Shown here piece after piece: positions 10,219 to 18,584 of a DNA stretch of 64,000 bases. The position numbers and the translations under genes were made by a program. The stretch lies in contig JACPWO010000002.1 of assembly GCA_016197005.1 (NCBI GenBank), positions 8,483-72,482 of the forward strand, written 5' to 3'. The DNA is from Candidatus Anderseniibacteriota bacterium (lineage in GTDB: Bacteria > Patescibacteriota > Andersenbacteria > UBA10190). Position 1 is the stretch's first letter; the number at the start of each line of letters is the position of its first letter. The notes below the pieces were generated by a model, which was not told the origin of the DNA, made no database searches, and saw only the letters and a program-made list of their open reading frames with translations.

Positions 10219-10383
10219 ATGGAAGGGAAATGTTCAAAATGCGGCATGGACACAGAAGGGTTCAAGTGCGATGTATGTGGAGCTGAATCAACGACACACG
10301 ATGAGCACCATGAGCACGGCGGCGACCACTGTATGCCGAAATGCAAAGCCTGTGGGCAAGCGCAAGTGAAGTGTACGTGTTAG
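10219..10383 (+). CDS. Cys/His-rich mini-protein (54 aa), metallothionein-like.
   Basis: GGAGG RBS at 10206-10210 and ATG at 10219. Nine Cys and five His residues: CSKCG, CDVCG, HDEHHEHGGDHCMPKCKACG...CTC. Confidence 0.5.
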   Translation: MEGKCSKCGMDTEGFKCDVCGAESTTHDEHHEHGGDHCMPKCKACGQAQVKCTC

Positions 10384-10410
10384 TAACTACTAATGGAGGC
10401 AAAAGAGCCG

Positions 10411-10444
10411 CATTTTCGAAAGTGGCTCTTTTCAATTCTGGCCA
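10411..10444 (+). terminator. Rho-independent terminator after the copper cluster.
   Basis: Stem AAGAGCC and GGCTCTT with a 14-nt loop, followed by TTC. Confidence 0.45.
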
Positions 10445-10510
10445 TTTAGGCCATAAATAGTAGCAGTTTAGGTGCTGCTATGTTTAACCTTATCAGGAGA
10501 GTAAACGGGC

Positions 10511-10560
10511 CTTTTCATAAAGGGAATTTTGGTTCGAACTTTGTCCGTCCCTGAGAGCAA
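10511..10560 (+). repeat. Conserved 50-nt intergenic motif, copy 1. It contains the near-palindrome GGTTCGAAC.
   Basis: 41/50 ungapped identity with 28711-28762; the first 29 positions match at 27/29. Confidence 0.6.
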
Positions 10561-10733
10561 TCAATAAAATAAATCTGCCGCTGTGGGCGTAAGTCAGGAA
10601 TGTGAGATCGAAAAAAGTACTTGACCCCCTTATTCTCAAAGTAAAACTGCTGCACCTAGGCTGTTCTAAAGCGGCGGTTGCCAACACTTACTGCGCCGTC
10701 TATGCTGATCTGTTACTTTAAGCAAATACCCCC

Positions 10734-11705
10734 ATGACCAAAAAACTCATTATTAGCCTTGTTGTTCTGGTAGCTATTCTTGTTGCGGGCATAGGTGGGT
10801 GGCTATACGTTACTCGCAGTCCCGAATATTCACTTGTTCTGGCAGCACGGGCAGTCAAAAATCACGACTACCAAGGATTTAAACAATATGTAGACGTAGG
10901 TCAAATAGTAAGCGATCTGGTGAATGATGCGGTTGCAGAAATTCAGAAACAGGTTAACGAAGACACCGAGGGCGATCCTTGGGCGCAACTCGGTGCTAAT
11001 CTGGGCAGTGCCTTTATTGGCGCCTATACTCCGCAACTCAAGGAGCAATTCACCGATCAGATTCGGAAAGGAGTAGAGGAAGGAAATTTTGGTCGAGAAG
11101 GCACCGATGCCAGCAAGATTAGTTTTTTTGATTTTTGGACAAAGACAACTGTTGAGAAGGAAGGCAAAGTAGCCAAGATAACTACCCCAACCTTCAAACT
11201 ACAAAATGACCAACCGTTCAGTTTCAATATGCGTCAATCCAACGGTCGTTGGCAGGTGTTTTCTATTGATTTTGACGTATCCGATCTAGCGTCTAATGAT
11301 GCTCCGGCAGCAGCAGATACGACTCAACGTGTAGCCTTTGGCACAAGGACAGATATTGGTGAAGGGTGGTTTTTAACCGCAACACAACCAGAGGCCTATA
11401 CTCCCACTAACCAGTTCAGCCAGCCGCCGGAAGGCAAAAAATATGTTGCCGTCGAAATTACCTACGAAAACACGTCTACAACCAAAGACAGCTTTTCAAC
11501 TTCACGGCTGACGCTCAAAGACACCGAGGATCACGCATATACCTCTACTTTCTTTGATTCGAAAGAGCCAAGCCTATCATCGGGCGATCTTGAGCCCAGC
11601 GGAACGATAAAAGGATATGTCACCTACTCAATGCCCATCGAGCTCGATCCAAAGCAACTCGTATATTCAAGTTCTCACGCTACGGTCATTTTTGAGCAGC
11701 AGTAA
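10734..11705 (+). CDS. Membrane-anchored DUF4352-like protein.
   Basis: N-terminal TM helix. The C-terminal segment KKYVAVEITYENTST...GTIKGYVTYSMP fits the DUF4352 beta-sandwich pattern. Confidence 0.45.
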   Translation: MTKKLIISLVVLVAILVAGIGGWLYVTRSPEYSLVLAARAVKNHDYQGFKQYVDVGQIVSDLVNDAVAEIQKQVNEDTEGDPWAQLGANLGSAFIGAYTPQLKEQFTDQIRKGVEEGNFGREGTDASKISFFDFWTKTTVEKEGKVAKITTPTFKLQNDQPFSFNMRQSNGRWQVFSIDFDVSDLASNDAPAAADTTQRVAFGTRTDIGEGWFLTATQPEAYTPTNQFSQPPEGKKYVAVEITYENTSTTKDSFSTSRLTLKDTEDHAYTSTFFDSKEPSLSSGDLEPSGTIKGYVTYSMPIELDPKQLVYSSSHATVIFEQQ

Positions 11706-11896
11706 ATAGGGCCGGTGTTGATAATACAGGCTGTAATAATTGTCGCATTTGTTTCAGCATAACCTCTGGTTGCGGATTTATCTCCTCCCAGTTCATGCTT
11801 AACCAATGTTCAAAAAACGTCTTTGATGGGGAGTATCTGAATTTGATCGTAGTGGTTGTTATTGACGTTGTAGTATCAGTCGTTTACATTAATTAG

Positions 11897-12187
11897 GTGA
11901 ACGAACTTAAAAAAATTGGTGACCTACCTCAAGCGCAGCAGAAAATTCTATTTACTGTTCTGCGGATTGGTAAGCCTGCGTTTCTAACATCTGAAGTTCA
12001 TAAAAAAGTTAGTGATGAAATGGCTGGACGCTCTGTGGGCGCCGTGTTGGGGTCGCTGTACCGAAATGGTTATCTAGATAAGGTGCAGGGAGGACGAGAT
12101 AAGCGCTGGGTGTTATCAAAACAAGCAGAAGCGGCACGTGATGATATTAAGCTACAGATTTCTAATGTTAAGATTTACTGGTCCTGA
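11897..12187 (+). CDS. Small protein that looks like a winged-helix DNA-binding protein; first gene of the helicase operon.
   Basis: 96 aa with an apparent GTG start. The LPQAQQKILFTVLRIG...LYRNGYLDKV...KRWVLS layout resembles a wHTH. An 11-nt gap separates it from the helicase gene. Confidence 0.35.
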   Translation: MNELKKIGDLPQAQQKILFTVLRIGKPAFLTSEVHKKVSDEMAGRSVGAVLGSLYRNGYLDKVQGGRDKRWVLSKQAEAARDDIKLQISNVKIYWS

Positions 12188-12198
12188 TATGTACAAAT

Positions 12199-15100
12199 AT
12201 GTCGGAGAAGGAAAATAAGGCCAAAGAATCAAACTCAACAACCCCTTTCATAAAAGAGGTTGGTAAATACTTTATGGAATTTCTGGAGACAGACTTTCAT
12301 AAAAGAAGGCTGCCTCGTAGGAGTATTAAACTACATAACGATAAGGGATTACTTACTGGTCTCAATCTCAGTAAGTATCCAAGTTTTTATAAAGTTGCAT
12401 ATAAGCTTGTTAACAATGCCTTCACTGACGCCGAGTTAACAATCCAAAAGGGCGTATACAAGGCAGACATACCGGAGTCGCTGCTTGATCTCATCAAGAA
12501 GCAAATAAATAAAGTTACCAATACCGAAGTTACCGCTCTCATTAAGGAGCTTGATGATTCAATCCAACAATCGTCAGTCAAATATAAAGACGACTATTTG
12601 CAGGCATTTAATTCAGTCATGGAGAATGCTGGCTCGGTATTTGAAAAACACATCATCCTCAATTTAGTAAAGAGTATAGAAAAGCCACTTGAAAATAATA
12701 AACTCGCCGATGAGAATGCCATTTTCCAGATAGAGGATGAGCTGACGAACATCTTTACAAAGAAGGTTGAAGATGCCGTAGCCGAATCTCTCAAGATTCT
12801 CTTAAGCGGCGATAAACCAAATACAAAGAAACTTTTAAAGGATGTGCTGGATATAGAGGACATCCGTGCCAGTTTGGCCAAGTTCTTTGAAATGTTTAAG
12901 GTGTCGGATCTTTTCAATGATCTACATGAGCTTTACCAGAATTTTAAAATAGAAGATAAGCAGGAATTTTATTTCTACTTTTACGATATTAGTTACCAAA
13001 AAACTAAGTATCCCATCTTCTACATCCCATTCTCTATTGAAAGACAAAGCGATACGTTTCTAATTACCTTCGATTCGCAAATTTATATCAATAAGAAAGC
13101 ATTGGCATACATCGTTCAGGAATATAACCTTGAGCGAGGCAAAAAGGGAGCACTGCAAACAATAGCCGATAGAATTATTTACCTCGCCGATCATGAGGAT
13201 GACTTGCCGTTGGTGTTACAAGACACACTGACAGAGATTTCAAACTTCTTTGACTTAGACACAAAACCTCAAGTGGCAAAACCAGACATACAATTGAGCA
13301 AGAGCCTGTATGTTACGGCGAGCACCAATGCATATATTGCCCTTTTCGATAAGTCAGACGAGGCACTATTAAATGATTATGAGGACATTCTTAATGCCGC
13401 CGCCGACAGTGTTTTAATGAAAGGCTTTCAGGTTTTGATAAATGATTTTATACACGAAAATCCTGAGTCTGTGGCAAAGCCCATCAGGGATGATTGGGAT
13501 AGTAAGGGAGTTGATGAGCGATTGGTATATAAAAGTCCCATCCCTCTCAACAGCGAGCAACAACAGATACTTTCTGCTATTCATAATGACAGGTGCAAAT
13601 ATGTGCTCGTTGAAGGTCCTCCGGGAACGGGGAAAAGCCACACAATCACTGCAATTGTTTTTGACACGATTCTGGAGAACAAATCGGTTCTCGTGCTATC
13701 GGATAAGAAGGAAGCGCTTGATGTAGTTGAGAAAAATATTGTGAACACTCTGAATAAGGTTCGCGTTGACGAGAAATTTCAGAATCCCATTTTGCGGTTA
13801 GGAAAAACTGGTAATACCTACAGTCAACTTCTTACTCAGTCATCTATTGAAGCTATTACACAGCAGTTCAGAGCCGTCAGAAGTAAATATCCTAATCTCA
13901 ATGAGCAGATAGATGTTGCGATAGAAGCATTGAGGAATGGTGTGAAGGGTCAGACTGATGCGTATCATCATATCTCGCTTGCCGATGTTAATGAACTGTC
14001 TTCATTGAAGAAGCACTTCGATGAAGCAGGTTTTTGTATCGACGTTGATGAAGCTATAAGCAACCCCGATTCTGTAGAGGAGCTTACAAAAATACGCTCT
14101 ATCTTCTTGAAGCTTAAAAATAGGATAAAAGAAAACAGAGACGTATCGTTTAACTTTGATTACACCAAAGAGCTGGGTGATGAGAATTCCAAGAACCTTG
14201 AAGAGATTATTTCTGCGTTGGAAGATATAGCGCGACTGGCAGAGGAAAGCCCGCGCCTCTTTAGTGAAAGTAAATTATCGTCTCTTTACGATCACGTTCA
14301 GAAGAACAAAGTAAAAGTAGAGAAATTGCTTGGTTATCTTGCAAGTGTGTCTGAGCTCACGAATTTATTCACTAAAAAGAAGCAGTATTTAGACTTACTT
14401 CACGTCGACAAGAATGAGCTTGATAGTTTAGCCACTATTAAAACAGTAGCGCAGCACGCTTTGTGGCTAGAAGGCATCGTCGAAAAGGTGAAATATTTTG
14501 CGAAAGATTCTCTTAGTCGTTTGAGTTCTTTTGATAAGTCGCATAGTGATGACGTTGTTGCTCTGAAGAATTATATTGACTCAGCAAAAAAGTTGCGGAA
14601 CGGATTGCTTGGCTACTTGGGGAAGAAAAGCAAGGTCGAGCAATTGAATCAGAGCTTCCGCAAGAATTTCCCTCTTTCTAAATTCGATGACCCGCATAAA
14701 CATCTAAAAGAATTAGAGGAAATTCTAGGTATCTATGAATACGTACAAGAACTTTGCGACGATAAATATCATCCGCAGGATATTGATCTGATACACTTAG
14801 TCACTTCGATTCTAAAGGATGGTGAACTGTATTTTACATCCGATCAGCTAACTGATATTCGCAATTCGTTTGATGTTACAAACAAAGTTGATGTAATCGC
14901 TCAAGAGATTTCTAGTTCTAAGTTTTCTGTTATGACGCTTCACGACCTGAATGATATTGCGGTCATTTCTGAAATTGGAGCGCTCTATGAAGAGTTGAGC
15001 GACCTTATGACTAAGGAAAAAGAGCTAATTGAATCGAATGTTGATCTAAAGAAGATCAAGAACATCAATATGCTTTTTCAAAAAGACAATCTTAAAGAAA

Positions 15101-16977
15101 TGATTGGAGAGATCAGTGTCTGCAAAGAATACGTAGATACACTCATTGAGGTTAATGATGATGTCGTTTATTTAAAGGAATCTTCTGACAATCACAAAAA
15201 TAGTTTTGCAAAGGCGGGCATCGACAATAGCTCTTTCTCTTCGTTATACGAAAACAAATTAACTGAGATATCGGATCTTGAATTTGAAAAGCTCGTCAGA
15301 TTTATCACTCTGCATCAAGAGCTGACAGAAAAATTTGATGATATTAAGGATCTCAGCTACGGAGAGCGAATGAAGCAAGTCGAGAATATTGTAACGATGC
15401 AAATGACATATCTGATGGATGAGAGATTCGTTGACTTCACCAATGACTTTAAAGCTGACGCAAAAGCATTAAAGCAGGTAATCAAGGAAAAGAAGAAGTT
15501 TCCTAAAGATCAATTCTCAAAACTCAAGAATGCATTCCCGTGTATTTTAGCCGGTATCCGTGACTATGCAGAATATATTCCCTTGGAGCCAGAGATATTT
15601 GACCTTGTCATCATCGATGAGGCATCTCAGGTAAGTATTGCGCAAGCATTCCCAGCTCTATTGAGAGCAAAGAAGGTTGTTGTGCTTGGGGATAGCCTGC
15701 AATTTAGTAACGTGAAGTCTGCTTTGGCGCGAGGCGACATTAACAAGCAGTATTTGGGTAGTCTGCGGGAAGTTTTCTTAAAAACAGTTGCTACCGAGGA
15801 AGAGACAGACAAGGTAGCCCGCCTTGAAAAATTCAATATCAAAGTTTCAATTCTCGATTTCTTCGGCTTCATTAATAATTACCAGACTCGTTTAGTTAAG
15901 CATTTCCGTGGATACCGGGAGCTTATTTCGTATTCAAATAAGTTCTTTTACAAAAACAGCCTACAGGTTATGAAAGTTCGAGGTTTGCCGATCAGTTCGG
16001 TCATTAAATTCTCTCAAGTAGACCATGACGGTAAGGAAGAAATGACTAAAAACACAAACGTGCCTGAGATAGAGTTCATTATCTCCGAGCTTAAAGCTTT
16101 AAAGGATCAAGACAAAAAATGCACCGTCGGTATCATTACCCCTCATACAAATCAGCAACGTCTACTTTATGAGAAGATTAGTGATCTGCCTGAATCTGAT
16201 TATTTCTTCGATGCGTTGAAGCTTAAGGTGATGACCTTCGACACATGTCAGGGTGAAGAAATGGATATTATTTATTATTCCATGGTGGCTACCGAAACGG
16301 AAGATAAATTAAACTATGTGTTCATTAGTGATCTCAATAATATCGATCTAGACGATGACGAAGGAAAAATTAAGGCACAACGTCTTAACGTCGGTTTAAG
16401 CCGAGCGAAGGAATGTATGCACTTTGTACTTAGCAAGCCAATTGATCAGTACGCGGGTACTGCAAAAGAATTTCTGCAGCACTACTCAAATGCTCTGCTT
16501 GAGGCTCAAAAAGAACCTGATAGTACTAGCGTAGATAAGAATTCCGAGATGGAGCCGCTGGTTCTGGAATGGATCAAACAGACGAAGTTTTGGGATGAGA
16601 ACAAAAATAATGCTGAAATATTGCCTCAGTTTGAACTTGGTAAATATCTCAAGCAGTTGGATCAGAGCTATAATCATCCTAACTATCGAGTGGATTTCCT
16701 TCTCGTATATCGCGACGAAGAAGGAAGTGAGCATAAAATCATTATTGAATATGATGGCTTCCTAGAACATTTTGGTGATGTGATGCATGTAGTCAATGAG
16801 TCAAATTACGAAGAATACTATTCATCAGAGGATGTATATCGACAGCACGTTCTAGAAGGTTATGGTTACCGATTCATTAGGATCAATAAGTTTAATCTTG
16901 GCGAGAACCCCATCGCCACGCTTGATTCTCGAATTCAGGAAATAGTAAAAAAAAACTTTACAATCACGAAATCGTAA
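12199..16977 (+). CDS. Giant 1592-aa SF1B (Upf1/DNA2-like) helicase with a C-terminal Vsr/DUF559-like PD-(D/E)xK nuclease domain. The architecture resembles the DUF4011-helicase-REase family.
   Basis: Walker A VLVEGPPGTGKSHT. Motif Ia VLVLSDKKEALD. Motif II LVIIDEASQV plus GDSLQF. Motif V TFDTCQGEEMDII. Motif VI LNVGLSRAKE. C-terminal YRVDFLLVY...IIIEYDGFLEHF...GYRFIRINKF matches the DUF559/Vsr-like fold. Confidence 0.85.
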   Translation: MSEKENKAKESNSTTPFIKEVGKYFMEFLETDFHKRRLPRRSIKLHNDKGLLTGLNLSKYPSFYKVAYKLVNNAFTDAELTIQKGVYKADIPESLLDLIKKQINKVTNTEVTALIKELDDSIQQSSVKYKDDYLQAFNSVMENAGSVFEKHIILNLVKSIEKPLENNKLADENAIFQIEDELTNIFTKKVEDAVAESLKILLSGDKPNTKKLLKDVLDIEDIRASLAKFFEMFKVSDLFNDLHELYQNFKIEDKQEFYFYFYDISYQKTKYPIFYIPFSIERQSDTFLITFDSQIYINKKALAYIVQEYNLERGKKGALQTIADRIIYLADHEDDLPLVLQDTLTEISNFFDLDTKPQVAKPDIQLSKSLYVTASTNAYIALFDKSDEALLNDYEDILNAAADSVLMKGFQVLINDFIHENPESVAKPIRDDWDSKGVDERLVYKSPIPLNSEQQQILSAIHNDRCKYVLVEGPPGTGKSHTITAIVFDTILENKSVLVLSDKKEALDVVEKNIVNTLNKVRVDEKFQNPILRLGKTGNTYSQLLTQSSIEAITQQFRAVRSKYPNLNEQIDVAIEALRNGVKGQTDAYHHISLADVNELSSLKKHFDEAGFCIDVDEAISNPDSVEELTKIRSIFLKLKNRIKENRDVSFNFDYTKELGDENSKNLEEIISALEDIARLAEESPRLFSESKLSSLYDHVQKNKVKVEKLLGYLASVSELTNLFTKKKQYLDLLHVDKNELDSLATIKTVAQHALWLEGIVEKVKYFAKDSLSRLSSFDKSHSDDVVALKNYIDSAKKLRNGLLGYLGKKSKVEQLNQSFRKNFPLSKFDDPHKHLKELEEILGIYEYVQELCDDKYHPQDIDLIHLVTSILKDGELYFTSDQLTDIRNSFDVTNKVDVIAQEISSSKFSVMTLHDLNDIAVISEIGALYEELSDLMTKEKELIESNVDLKKIKNINMLFQKDNLKEMIGEISVCKEYVDTLIEVNDDVVYLKESSDNHKNSFAKAGIDNSSFSSLYENKLTEISDLEFEKLVRFITLHQELTEKFDDIKDLSYGERMKQVENIVTMQMTYLMDERFVDFTNDFKADAKALKQVIKEKKKFPKDQFSKLKNAFPCILAGIRDYAEYIPLEPEIFDLVIIDEASQVSIAQAFPALLRAKKVVVLGDSLQFSNVKSALARGDINKQYLGSLREVFLKTVATEEETDKVARLEKFNIKVSILDFFGFINNYQTRLVKHFRGYRELISYSNKFFYKNSLQVMKVRGLPISSVIKFSQVDHDGKEEMTKNTNVPEIEFIISELKALKDQDKKCTVGIITPHTNQQRLLYEKISDLPESDYFFDALKLKVMTFDTCQGEEMDIIYYSMVATETEDKLNYVFISDLNNIDLDDDEGKIKAQRLNVGLSRAKECMHFVLSKPIDQYAGTAKEFLQHYSNALLEAQKEPDSTSVDKNSEMEPLVLEWIKQTKFWDENKNNAEILPQFELGKYLKQLDQSYNHPNYRVDFLLVYRDEEGSEHKIIIEYDGFLEHFGDVMHVVNESNYEEYYSSEDVYRQHVLEGYGYRFIRINKFNLGENPIATLDSRIQEIVKKNFTITKS

Positions 16978-17045
16978 GTGACGTTCAAGATTTAATTCGT
17001 GATCTTCGTAGTGGTAATGCAAAAGTATGCCCCAAATGTGGTGAA

Positions 17046-17681
17046 GTGAAGCCGCTATCTGATTTTCAGGATAGATCATTGGCTACAGGGGTTGGTAGGT
17101 TTTGTCGTGAGTGCAAAGTAGGATTGAGCGCTCATTACTACATTTCACCAAGCACTGAGAGACAGCAGAGGAATATTTATAGTCTCTCAAAGGGCGATGT
17201 GAATAAGCTGCATAGTTTTTCTGATACCCCGGAAAAATATGCGAGTGGAGGCAGCAAGGCACGAGAGAAAGTTCAATACCTAGAGAGTATTAAACATAAG
17301 TTTGATGGGTTACAGGTTGCCAAATACATAGCGGCTCGTAAAAAGTATGACGAAGCACTTGTGGCAAAAGCAGAGACCGAACTGAATCAGGATGTAGATT
17401 ATAGCGCCATCTTAAATGAGGCATTTAATAATCGCAGATCAGTCAAGATTCGCTATAAAGGATCATGGCGCACTGTTGATCCCTACTCTCTTAACAATAC
17501 TTATGTGGTTGCTTACTGCCATCTCGCTCGTGATATCCGAACATTTAGAGTAGACAGAATACAAGGAGCGGATTTGTCCGATTCATTTAGCTTAAATAGC
17601 AACTTGCAGGAAATGGCACAAAGTAGATTGGCTGAAGCTCCTAGCTTTCGAGGCTATAAGCGTCGGCGGCGCAGGTATTAA
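17046..17681 (+). CDS. Zinc-ribbon plus WYL-domain protein, a putative ligand-sensing regulator. The frame is open from 16926 with no canonical start, so it may be fused to the helicase.
   Basis: WYL-like segment RRSVKIRYKGSWRTVDPYSLNNTYVVAYCHLARDIRTFRVDRI. Zn ribbon CPKCG-x17-CRECK. The ORF-track GTG start at 17046 falls between the two Cys pairs. Confidence 0.55.
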   Translation: MKPLSDFQDRSLATGVGRFCRECKVGLSAHYYISPSTERQQRNIYSLSKGDVNKLHSFSDTPEKYASGGSKAREKVQYLESIKHKFDGLQVAKYIAARKKYDEALVAKAETELNQDVDYSAILNEAFNNRRSVKIRYKGSWRTVDPYSLNNTYVVAYCHLARDIRTFRVDRIQGADLSDSFSLNSNLQEMAQSRLAEAPSFRGYKRRRRRY

Positions 17682-17696
17682 ACTTAAGATTAATAT

Positions 17697-18449
17697 ATGT
17701 CCGAATACTACAATCCAAACCGTGGGCCGAAGTGGAATTACGGGGGAGATCAATGGAAGCTATCGCGCTCTAAGATCGACTTGTTTTTAGAATGCCCTCG
17801 TTGCTTCTACATCGATAACAAGCTTGGCGTAAAGCGGGTACCCGGCTTTCCTTTTGCGTTAAATAGCGCTGTGGATCATTTGCTGAAGCTGGAGTTTGAT
17901 ATTCATCGCGCCAATGGCGAGCAGCATCCACTACAAAAAGAATATGGCGTTGATGCCCGACCAGTGCCCCATGAAGAGCTTGATGAATGGAGACGCAACT
18001 TCGGTGGGGTACGTCATCTGCATGAAGCAACGGGCATGTTAGTCACCGGTGCCATTGACGATCTATGGATCAACAGTAATGACGAATACATTGTGGTGGA
18101 CTACAAGGCGACAGCAAAGGAGGAGGCCGTAACGAAACTAGATAAAGAATGGCAGGATGGGTATAAGCGGCAGATGGAAGTGTATCAGTGGTTGCTTCGT
18201 CAAAATGGCCTCAAAGTATCGGATACCGGCTATTTTGTATACTGCACCGGAAAGTTAGACGGCAAGTCATTTGATAAACGTATCGATTTTGATGTTCATC
18301 TAATCCCTTATGAAGGCAATAGTGAGTGGGTAGAAGGAACGTTGCTCAAGATAAAGGGATGTTTAGATGGTGACGCGATTCCGAAGACCGGCAAGAGTTG
18401 CGATTACTGTGCGTATTGGAATGCACGACGGTTGATTGAGTCGACATAA
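17697..18449 (+). CDS. Cas4-like/RecB-family PD-(D/E)xK nuclease with a predicted 4Fe-4S cluster.
   Basis: N-terminal LSRSKIDLFLECPRCFY. D...IVVDYK (D/ExK). QMEVYQWL (QxxxY). Three C-terminal Cys (C...CDYC). A 15-nt gap follows the WYL gene. Confidence 0.7.
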   Translation: MSEYYNPNRGPKWNYGGDQWKLSRSKIDLFLECPRCFYIDNKLGVKRVPGFPFALNSAVDHLLKLEFDIHRANGEQHPLQKEYGVDARPVPHEELDEWRRNFGGVRHLHEATGMLVTGAIDDLWINSNDEYIVVDYKATAKEEAVTKLDKEWQDGYKRQMEVYQWLLRQNGLKVSDTGYFVYCTGKLDGKSFDKRIDFDVHLIPYEGNSEWVEGTLLKIKGCLDGDAIPKTGKSCDYCAYWNARRLIEST

Positions 18450-18584
18450 TCTTGCTATGCTCGGAAAATTAAATGCCGAAATAACTTTTCACTTTTAGGA
18501 CACGTCTAAAGATAAGGATGGATTAAGGTGGGCGTGTATTGGCAAATAATTGAGTGTTTTATTCAGCTCCTCTACCGTTACTAG

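Noticed and set aside
10525-10545. GGTTCGAAC inside the repeated intergenic motif resembles a tRNA T-loop (GTTCGAA).
   Set aside because: The flanking sequences do not form a T-stem, acceptor stem or anticodon arm on either strand. No tRNA could be folded at either copy.
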